From Candidatus Methanophagaceae archaeon (lineage in GTDB: Archaea > Halobacteriota > Syntropharchaeia > Alkanophagales > Methanospirareceae): a stretch of 32,000 nt of DNA. The stretch lies in the NCBI GenBank assembly GCA_003194425.1, contig PQXB01000001.1:36843-68842 (forward strand), in the 5' to 3' direction. The translations under genes and the position numbers were made by a program. The notes under the pieces are model-generated. The model was not told the DNA's origin. It made no database searches and worked only from the letters and a program-made list of their open reading frames with translations. This document shows positions 18,559 to 25,117 of the stretch, one piece after another (the stretch's first letter is position 1; each line of letters starts with the position of its first letter).

Positions 18559-18912
18559 ATGATTGGGATAATTGAAATAATCGTAGTAATTCTCTTGGCA
18601 GCGGGCGTTTTTTTTATGCTCACGGGCGCGATCGGGCTGCTGCGGTTCCCTGATTTTTACACGCGGCTGCACGCCACTGGGAAGTGCGACACGCTTGGAG
18701 AAGTCCTTATAATTGCAGGGCTGCTGCTGCACCACTTCTTCGTTTACAGCTCGGTCCCGGGAGCGGAACTCTCGGTGAAACTCGTGCCTGTGAAGCTCCT
18801 GTTTTTGATTGTGTTCATTTTTCTCGCCAACCCGACGGCGACGCACGCGATAATGAAAGCGGCTTACAACACGGGCGAGAAGCCCTGGAAGGTGGGAGAG
18901 GAGCGGAAATGA
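18559..18912 (+). CDS. mrpG: Mrp/Mnh-type antiporter subunit G (MbhC-like)
   Basis: LTGAIGLLRFPDFYTRLHATGKCDTLG and FLANPTATHAIMKAAY. Confidence 0.88.
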   Translation: MIGIIEIIVVILLAAGVFFMLTGAIGLLRFPDFYTRLHATGKCDTLGEVLIIAGLLLHHFFVYSSVPGAELSVKLVPVKLLFLIVFIFLANPTATHAIMKAAYNTGEKPWKVGEERK

Positions 18913-19595
18913 AGAAGGGGGAGAAGGTAGAGAAAGGGAAGAAGGGGGAGAAGGTAGAGAAGGGGAAGAAGGGGGAGAAGAGTAGAGGGGTGAGGGGTAA
19001 AGAAGGGAAGAGAGGAGGGGAGGGCGGAGGAGGGGAGAGAGAAGGGGTGGAGAGGAAAGGAGGGAAGGGGTTTGGGATATTTGTAACCTTTTGCGTGTTG
19101 TTTCTGTTCTGGCTGCTTCTCTCAGGGATTTTTGATGCTTTTCATGTCGGAGCGGGTGTAATTTGCAGTGTGATTGTCGCGTTGATTTCGCACGACCTCT
19201 TGGTGCGGGAGCGGGGGGAGAAGGTGCTCCTGAAGTCGTTTAGGTTCGTAATTTATCTCGGCTGGGAGTTGTGGCAGATTGCGTTGGCGAATTTTGATGT
19301 CGCTTACCGCGTTCTGCACCCGAGGATGCCGATTGACCCGCTGATAATTGAGTTTGACACTCCGCTGCGAAGCGACTTCGCGCTCGTTACGCTCGCCAAT
19401 TCCATAACGCTAACTCCTGGAACGATAACCATTTCGGTGGAGCCGGAGAGGGGCAGGTTTTTGGTGCACGCGATTTCGAAGAAGCCTGCTGACGCGCTCA
19501 CGGTGGAGAAGACGATGCAAAATAAAGTGGCGGATGTTTTTATGGTGGGAGGACAAGAAAAAGGAGGAGAATGGAAAAATGATATGGCAGCTTGA
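18909..19595 (+). CDS. mrpE: Mrp/Mnh-type antiporter subunit E (MbhA-like) with a K/G/E-rich N-terminal extension
   Basis: The ATG at 18909 overlaps the mrpG stop (ATGA). WELWQIALANFDVAYRVLHPRMPIDPLIIEF...LVTLANSITLTPGTITISVE. The track ORF start at 18684 lies inside mrpG and is rejected. Confidence 0.85.
   Translation: MKKGEKVEKGKKGEKVEKGKKGEKSRGVRGKEGKRGGEGGGGEREGVERKGGKGFGIFVTFCVLFLFWLLLSGIFDAFHVGAGVICSVIVALISHDLLVRERGEKVLLKSFRFVIYLGWELWQIALANFDVAYRVLHPRMPIDPLIIEFDTPLRSDFALVTLANSITLTPGTITISVEPERGRFLVHAISKKPADALTVEKTMQNKVADVFMVGGQEKGGEWKNDMAA
18912..18990 (+). repeat. 27-bp tandem repeat (2 full copies plus 1 partial) encoding KKGEKVEKG at the mrpE N-terminus
   Basis: Units at 18912-18938 and 18939-18965 differ at one position. 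A third degenerate unit follows, then a G-run-rich stretch to about 19078. Confidence 0.9.
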
Positions 19596-19821
19596 CATCG
19601 CACTGTTGTTCTTGATTGTAGTGGTTGCCGTTGCTGCGATAACTTTGAGGGACCTCTTGAGTGCGATTATGCTCTTGAGTGCTTACAGTTTTCTGATGGC
19701 GGTGGTCTGGGTCGAGATGCACTCGGTGGATGTGGCGTTTACCGAGGCTGCGGTCGGCGCTGGTGCAACTACCGCTTTTTTAATCGCGGCGTTGTCCAGG
19801 ACGGTGAGGTGGGAAAAGTGA
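19579..19821 (+). CDS. MbhD-like small membrane subunit (DUF4040 / MrpA C-terminal-like)
   Basis: DVAFTEAAVGAGATTAFLIAALSRT is the MbhD/DUF4040 signature. The ATG at 19579 is preceded by aaggaggaga. It overlaps the mrpE end. Confidence 0.75.
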   Translation: MIWQLDIALLFLIVVVAVAAITLRDLLSAIMLLSAYSFLMAVVWVEMHSVDVAFTEAAVGAGATTAFLIAALSRTVRWEK

Positions 19822-19840
19822 GAGAGGAGAAGGAGAAGAA

Positions 19841-20461
19841 ATGAAACAACTCTCGGCAGTGGCACTATTGTTTGTAATCTTTTTGGGTAGTCTTTTCGTT
19901 TATGTAGCAGAGGACATTCCTGCTTTTGGCGACCCGAATTCCGCTCCTAACAGGTATGTCAAGTTGTTCGAAATTGATGCTGCGGGGTTAGAGGGCGATT
20001 TAGAGCAGGGCGTTCTCCCTGCGAGTTTAGTGGATAATTTAGAGGATGAGATTGAAGAACGCGGTTTTCCTCTTCCTTCTGGAGTTGCGAGGGTTTCGGG
20101 AAAGGGAGAGGGAGAAGGAGAGGGAGAAGGAGAGGGAGAGGGAGAGGAAGCGGAAGGCGCCTGGGAGGCGGTTATTGTCCCAGCGGAGACGGAGCAGCAT
20201 TTCTACCCGAAGGAGCAGAAGTACTACTTTATCGAGAAGAGGGGGGAGAAGTTGTGGGTTTACCGCTACGCACCTGTCAAAAGGTATATGGAGGAGGGGC
20301 CTAATGAGACAAATGTACCGAATATGGTAACTTACATTCTCGCAGACTACAGGGGCTACGACACGCTTGGGGAGACGACTGTCATTTTCACCGCCGGCGT
20401 TGCGGTTATGCTGTTATTGAGGAGGCGGGAGAAGAGACCGCGGGAGAAGCGACCGGAATGA
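19841..20461 (+). CDS. MbhE-like membrane subunit (MnhB-related), roughly doubled in length by an internal insertion
   Basis: N-terminal TM helix plus IPAFGDP. C-terminal NMVTYILADYRGYDTLGETTVIFTAGVAVMLLL is the MbhE signature. About 100 extra residues in between include (GE)n. Confidence 0.7.
   Translation: MKQLSAVALLFVIFLGSLFVYVAEDIPAFGDPNSAPNRYVKLFEIDAAGLEGDLEQGVLPASLVDNLEDEIEERGFPLPSGVARVSGKGEGEGEGEGEGEGEEAEGAWEAVIVPAETEQHFYPKEQKYYFIEKRGEKLWVYRYAPVKRYMEEGPNETNVPNMVTYILADYRGYDTLGETTVIFTAGVAVMLLLRRREKRPREKRPE
20098..20157 (+). repeat. 6/12-bp repeat encoding GKGEGEGEGEGEGEGEEAEG
   Basis: ggagagggagaa units read directly. Confidence 0.9.
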
Positions 20462-21066
20462 ATAAAAAAGAAAGTAGCAAAGGGGAAGAGAGTAGCAAAA
20501 GGGAAGCGAAGGGGGGGGATGTAATTATTGAAGTGGTTACGAGGCTGATGGTTCCTTTTATTCAGTTGTTCGCGTTGTATGTGATAATTCACGGAGCAGG
20601 CGGACCAGGAGGCGGATTTCAGGGTGGTGTCATCTTCGGCTCCTCTTTTATCCTGTATGCCATCGCGTTTGGCATCGTCAAAGCGGGCAACAGGTTCTCG
20701 GAGTCTGCAAATACCGTCTTCTTCAGCACCGGCGTCTACATCTACGCAGGCGTGGGGCTGCTCTGCGTAATTCTCAGTTACGGCGCTGCCCAGTTCCTAA
20801 ATTACGGCTTCATTCCGCTGACGCACCATTTTGAAGAGAACAGGGCTCTCGGAATGGACCTCGTGGAAATCGGAATTGGGATAACTGTGATGGCTGTAAT
20901 TACTTCAATTTTCTTTAACCTCGCCTGGAAGCGAGAAAACGAAGGAGGGAAAAAAGCAGGAGAAGGAGGAGGAGAAGGAGGAGGAGAAGGGAGAAGACAA
21001 GCGGAAGGAGGGGAAGGAAGAGAAAGAAGGGAAGGAAGAGAAAGAAGAGAGGAGGTGAGGGGATAA
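20458..21066 (+). CDS. mrpB: Mrp/Mnh-type antiporter subunit B (MbhF-like) with a G/E/R-rich C-terminal tail
   Basis: VVTRLMVPFIQLFALYVIIHGAGGPGGGFQGGVIFG. ATGA overlap with the upstream gene. The tail from about 20930 reads KRENEGGKKAGEGGGEGGGEGRRQAEGGEGRERREGRERREEVRG. Confidence 0.88.
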   Translation: MNKKESSKGEESSKREAKGGDVIIEVVTRLMVPFIQLFALYVIIHGAGGPGGGFQGGVIFGSSFILYAIAFGIVKAGNRFSESANTVFFSTGVYIYAGVGLLCVILSYGAAQFLNYGFIPLTHHFEENRALGMDLVEIGIGITVMAVITSIFFNLAWKRENEGGKKAGEGGGEGGGEGRRQAEGGEGRERREGRERREEVRG

Positions 21067-21068
21067 AA

Positions 21069-21449
21069 ATGATGGAGTGGTTAGTTGAGGAGGTGTTTGC
21101 GAAATACAATTACTGGATTTCCATTGTGCTTATGCTCATCGGTTTCTATGCGATGATTGCGAAGGAGAACCTGGTAAAAAAAATTATCGGACTAAACATT
21201 TTTCAGACCGCGATATTCCTGTTCTACATCTCGCTTGGCGATATTGTTGGCGGGACCGAGCCGATTGTGGTCGAAGGGTTTGAGAGCATTTATGTGAACC
21301 CGCTGCCGCATGTGCTTATTCTGACCGCGATTGTTGTCGGGGTTGCTACGACCGCGGTCGCTCTTTCTCTGGTAATTTTGATGTACGAGAAGTACGGGAC
21401 GATTGAAGAGCCGGAGATAATTGAGAAGGAGCGAGAAGGAGAGGCGTAG
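21069..21449 (+). CDS. mrpC: Mrp/Mnh-type antiporter subunit C (MbhG / NuoK-like)
   Basis: IGFYAMIAKENLVKKIIGLNIFQTAIFLFYISLG and PLPHVLILTAIVVGVATTAVALSLVILMY. Confidence 0.88.
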   Translation: MMEWLVEEVFAKYNYWISIVLMLIGFYAMIAKENLVKKIIGLNIFQTAIFLFYISLGDIVGGTEPIVVEGFESIYVNPLPHVLILTAIVVGVATTAVALSLVILMYEKYGTIEEPEIIEKEREGEA

Positions 21450-21501
21450 GGAGAGTTGAGGAGAGGAAAGAAATGAAGGGCGCTAAAATGTTGAAGGAGA
21501 A

Positions 21502-22278
21502 ATGCTTGAAGCACAGACAGTTAGCGTGGCGTTCTGCTTCTGCTGCCTGATTTACGCCTCTCTCTCGGACCTAAAGACGAGAACCGTAGGGAACTGGCTT
21601 TGGGTGTTTATGGCTGCGGTAGGTGTCCCGCTCGCTACTTGCGGCATTCTCACGCACGCCGCCCACACCGCCGTCCAACTAATCTTCTCCGTCCTCTCTA
21701 CCTCGGTGTTAGCCTTTTTCTGCTTTAGACTGGGTCTCTTTGGTGGTGCGGACGCGAAGGCACTAATTTGCATTTCGTTGCTTATTCCAAGTCATTTCTC
21801 GAGAGGGGTAGGAGCAGTAGGAGCAATTTCCTGTCCGTTTGCAGTTACGACGCTTTTTAACGCTGCTCTTCTCTCTACCGCTGCTCCGCTCTCGGTCTTC
21901 TTTTATAATTTATTTCAAGAGAGAAAAATAGAAAATGTTAAATTAATGTTCGTTGGTTACAAGGTCCCTGTCGGCGAGCTTGCGTGTAAAAAGTATGTAA
22001 GATTAGTTCATTCGTATGAGGAAGAGGTGGTGGGCGAGGGAGAAGGAGAAGACGAGGGGGAAGGAGAAGGAGAGAAGGTAGTAAAAAGATTTTCGTTTGG
22101 TGGTGTAGAGATTGACGAGGAGACGGTGAAGAGGTTAAAAGAGTACGCTGCGGAGGGTAAAATTGAAGACGAGGTCTGGGTGACGCCAGAATTACCGTTT
22201 ATGCTTTTCATCACCGCTGGCTTTTTTATCTCGGTTGTGTGCGGTAATTTAATAATGCTTGTATTTTCTTTACCATAA
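21502..22278 (+). CDS. A24-family aspartic prepilin/preflagellin (archaellin) peptidase
   Basis: First catalytic Asp context YASLSDLKTRTV. Second is in GLFGGADAKAL (GxGD-type). Polytopic membrane protein with a cytoplasmic insertion containing GEGEGEDEGEGEGE at 22033-22075. Confidence 0.8.
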   Translation: MLEAQTVSVAFCFCCLIYASLSDLKTRTVGNWLWVFMAAVGVPLATCGILTHAAHTAVQLIFSVLSTSVLAFFCFRLGLFGGADAKALICISLLIPSHFSRGVGAVGAISCPFAVTTLFNAALLSTAAPLSVFFYNLFQERKIENVKLMFVGYKVPVGELACKKYVRLVHSYEEEVVGEGEGEDEGEGEGEKVVKRFSFGGVEIDEETVKRLKEYAAEGKIEDEVWVTPELPFMLFITAGFFISVVCGNLIMLVFSLP

Positions 22279-22337
22279 AAAATAAAAAAGGGGAGGTTTT
22301 ACACAAAGTTTTACACAAAGGAGAGTTTTACACCTCC

Positions 22338-22739
22338 CTAAACCAACCTCTTCCCCGCGTTCGGTCCGACGCTGACTGAAAAAACCTCTTCCACTTTTAT
22401 CAGCCCTACACTCTTCGCCTCTAGTTTCAACTTCTTCTTCACCGCTGCCTTCTTCTCCTCAAAGACCGCTCCCGCTGTCTGGAATCCCAGAAAAGAGCCT
22501 TTTACTTGGTAGCCTTTCGAGCCCTTCCAAGCAGCAACTGCGACCTTCTTCGTCGCCTCCAAATTCGCCCTCGTCTTCCCCAAGAACACATCTCCGAACG
22601 CGAGCGTCTCCTCGTCCAGCACCGAAAATGTCAGCACTGGCACCACATTCAATCTTCCCTCGGCGTCCGCGGTCGCGACTGCTTTTTGTGCACCCCAGTC
22701 CCCAAACATCTCCACAACCTCCTTCGGCATCTTTACCAT
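22338..22739 (-). CDS. Pyridoxamine 5'-phosphate oxidase-like FMN-binding split-barrel family protein
   Basis: 133 aa. AVATADAEGRLNVVPVLTFSVLDEETLAFGDVFLGKTRANLEATKKVAVAAW resembles the PNPOx-like family pattern. This is recognition only, with no diagnostic catalytic motif. Confidence 0.5.
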   Translation of the reverse strand: MVKMPKEVVEMFGDWGAQKAVATADAEGRLNVVPVLTFSVLDEETLAFGDVFLGKTRANLEATKKVAVAAWKGSKGYQVKGSFLGFQTAGAVFEEKKAAVKKKLKLEAKSVGLIKVEEVFSVSVGPNAGKRLV

Positions 22740-22833
22740 TTTTTTTTCTCCCTCCGTCTGCTTTGACTACGCTTTGACTACTACTTAACTACTTTTAAAT
22801 GCGACCACAACTATAAAAACCTACACAACTAAA

Positions 22834-23763
22834 ATGTCAAGAATAAAAAAAATTTTGAGCCTTGCCCTTGCTGGAGTGGCGGTGGCGGTGGTGCTTTTGG
22901 CTGCACTCCACGCTTACTACTTCTTGCCGCCCGAGTCCGTTGAGTTGCTGCTGCCGTCTTCCGCTGGAGGCGGGGACAAAATCGCGATAATTGAGATTAA
23001 CGGCGAGATTAAAGAAAGCAGTTTAGAGCAGGTTCAAAAACTTTTAGACCGAGCCGAGACGGAAGACGAGATAAAAGCGGTCGTGCTCAGAATAAACAGC
23101 GGTGGCGGCGGTGCAGTGGCGTCGTGGAAAATGCACAACGCAGTGAAGCGGCTGAAGTCAAAGTCAAAGTCAAAGGCAGAGGCAGAGGCAAAGGCAAAGG
23201 CAAAGGCAAAGGCAAAGGCAAAGGCAAAGACAGAGAAGCCTGTTGTCGCGTTTATTTCGGATTTCGGGGCTTCGGGTGCGTATTTGGTCGCAGTTGCAGC
23301 GGACAAGATAATTGCAACGCCTGTCTCGACGGTAGGAAGCATCGGAGTGTTAATGGTTTTCCCTTTTGATGTCCCCGCAAACGCGTCCGAGAAAGCCAAG
23401 AACCTCTCCTCTCTCTCTACTGGCGAGTTCAAAGACATTTTTTCAGACTACCGGCTAAACGAGCGGGAGCGGGAATATTTAAATGAGCGGTTGCAGAGTC
23501 TCTTAAAAGTGTTCTTGGAGTGCGTCGCCGAGGGCAGGGGAATGAGCGTTGAGGAGGTGTCAAAGGTGGCACACGGTGGCTGGTTTACTGGGGCGGAAGG
23601 GGTGGAGTTGGGGCTCGTAGACGAGACAGGGGACTTGCAGGACGCTGTGGAGGAGGCGGCAGAACTCGCAAATCTCTCTTTGGAGGACACTAAAGTCGTA
23701 ACTTTAGGAGTCGTGGGCTCGCGAGTGAAAGAGAGAGACTACAAGGGAAAAGGAGAATTTTAA
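22834..23763 (+). CDS. sppA: Signal peptide peptidase SppA (S49 family, 36K type)
   Basis: N-terminal TM helix. IAIIEINGEI, AVVLRINSGGGGAVAS, KPVVAFISDFGASGAYLVAVAADKIIATPVSTVGSIGV. Confidence 0.88.
   Translation: MSRIKKILSLALAGVAVAVVLLAALHAYYFLPPESVELLLPSSAGGGDKIAIIEINGEIKESSLEQVQKLLDRAETEDEIKAVVLRINSGGGGAVASWKMHNAVKRLKSKSKSKAEAEAKAKAKAKAKAKAKTEKPVVAFISDFGASGAYLVAVAADKIIATPVSTVGSIGVLMVFPFDVPANASEKAKNLSSLSTGEFKDIFSDYRLNEREREYLNERLQSLLKVFLECVAEGRGMSVEEVSKVAHGGWFTGAEGVELGLVDETGDLQDAVEEAAELANLSLEDTKVVTLGVVGSRVKERDYKGKGEF
23155..23229 (+). repeat. 6-bp repeats (aagtca x3, gaggca x2, aaggca x7) encoding KSKSKSKAEAEAKAKAKAKAKAKAK in sppA
   Basis: Read directly. Inserted between NAVKRL and KPVVAFISD. 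Confidence 0.95.
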
Positions 23764-24410
23764 GGAGCGAACATTAAACTTATCTCTTCCACCTCCGGCG
23801 CCTTCGCAAAGATAGTTACGAGGTCGTGCGTTTGGATGACTGTGTTCCCTCTCGGCAGAATTACATCGCCGTTTCGCTCGATCGCAACTACAAGCCCGCC
23901 TTTTATCCGCAACTTCGAGAGCCTGCTCCCCACGACAGGCGACTCTGGAGAGACGACGACTTCAAAAATCTCGGCTTTGCCACCGCTCACGGTGAGGTAA
24001 TCTTTTATCTTAGGCCGCTTCACCGAGAAGTAGAGGTGGCTCGCGACGGTCATATCCGGGTTCTCGAAGAGGAAAATCTCCGCCTCCTTGAACATCTCCA
24101 CGTGCTCCTCCTGATTCACGACCGCAACGATTTTCTTCGTGCCGAGTCCCTTCGCGGTCAGCGACATCATCAGGTTCGCAGCGTCGTCCGAGGTCGTGGC
24201 GATGAGTGCGTTCGCTCTGCTCGCTTCCGCCTCTTCCAAGATTGACTTCTGCGTTGCGTCGCCGAGAATCGTTAGAACATCGTATCTCGCAGCGATTTCG
24301 CGGCACCGCTTCTCGTCCTGGTCGATCACGACCACGTCGTTCTTGTCCTTCGTCGCGATGTCCACCAGGTTTCGTCCGATTCCGCCCAACCCCACGATTA
24401 TTAGATACAC
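23760..24410 (-). CDS. trkA: TrkA-type K+ transport regulatory protein (RCK N- and C-terminal domains)
   Basis: Rossmann motif MYLIIVGLGGIGRNL, VVVIDQDEKRC, GDATQKSILEEA, C-terminal TrkA_C-like GGLVVAIERNGDVILPRGNTVIQTHDLVTIF. Confidence 0.85.
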   Translation of the reverse strand: MYLIIVGLGGIGRNLVDIATKDKNDVVVIDQDEKRCREIAARYDVLTILGDATQKSILEEAEASRANALIATTSDDAANLMMSLTAKGLGTKKIVAVVNQEEHVEMFKEAEIFLFENPDMTVASHLYFSVKRPKIKDYLTVSGGKAEIFEVVVSPESPVVGSRLSKLRIKGGLVVAIERNGDVILPRGNTVIQTHDLVTIFAKAPEVEEISLMFAP

Positions 24411-25117
24411 ACTGACAACCTCCTTATTGAAAGTCTCTCGTTCGCAAAATCCACATATTCCGGCACGATCTCGAACCCGATAAAACGCCTGTTCGTTGCT
24501 TTGCAGGCGACGGCAGTCGTGCCAGAACCCGCGAACAAGTCCAAGACCAAATCGCCCTCGTCGCTCGAGAAGAGGATTAATTTACGCACGAGTTTTACGG
24601 GCAGTTTCGTCGCCGTCTTCTCCTTCCCCCGCCAGTACTCGCGATTCACGACCAAAACATCCTCGGGGTAGTGCTCGATTTTGTTGAACTTGTATTTTCG
24701 CGGGTTCTTGACCACGAGCAGAATGTGGTAGTGGCTGGTAACAAACTTCCTCTTCGTGAAGACGCCGAACTGGTATTTCCAGATTAAGTGGTTCAGGGTC
24801 TCAAAGCCGACCTTGTCCGCAGCGACCAAAATCTCCTTGAGGTTCGTCCAGCCCGAGAAGACGTAGAGGCTTCCTGTCTCTTTTAGCACCCTGCGTGCCT
24901 CTCTCATCCACTTAACCGTGAAATCAAGGTAGTCGGCTTTCGGGATTTCGTTGTAGCCCTCGAGCACCCGCTCGGCGGTTCGGTGGTAGTTAGGTCGTCG
25001 CCCCGCGAATTCAATGCCAAACGGTGGGTCGGTTACCACGAGGTCGACTGCGCCCTCGGGAACGCTCTTCGCCAGCACGAGTGCGTCGCCGCAGTAAATT
25101 TTGTCTACTTCAAGCAT
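24401..25117 (-). CDS. Beta-class N6-adenine / N4-cytosine DNA methyltransferase (N6_N4_Mtase family), no cognate nuclease nearby
   Basis: Motif IV VDLVVTDPPFGI near the N-terminus. AdoMet motif I LVLDLFAGSGTTAVACKATNRRFIGFE near the C-terminus. This motif order (IV then I) is typical of the beta class. Confidence 0.85.
   Translation of the reverse strand: MLEVDKIYCGDALVLAKSVPEGAVDLVVTDPPFGIEFAGRRPNYHRTAERVLEGYNEIPKADYLDFTVKWMREARRVLKETGSLYVFSGWTNLKEILVAADKVGFETLNHLIWKYQFGVFTKRKFVTSHYHILLVVKNPRKYKFNKIEHYPEDVLVVNREYWRGKEKTATKLPVKLVRKLILFSSDEGDLVLDLFAGSGTTAVACKATNRRFIGFEIVPEYVDFANERLSIRRLSVCI

Noticed and set aside
18684-18908. Track start at 18684 for the mrpE ORF, giving a 303-aa product.
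   Set aside because: The first 75 codons lie out of frame inside mrpG. The ATG at 18909 in an ATGA overlap with the mrpG stop is the natural coupled start.
23155-23229. Short direct repeats here and at 22296-22333, 5244-5300 and 13460-13563, considered as possible CRISPR arrays.
   Set aside because: They are contiguous tandem units with no unique spacers, the units are 6-27 bp, most are in frame inside CDS, and no cas genes are present.
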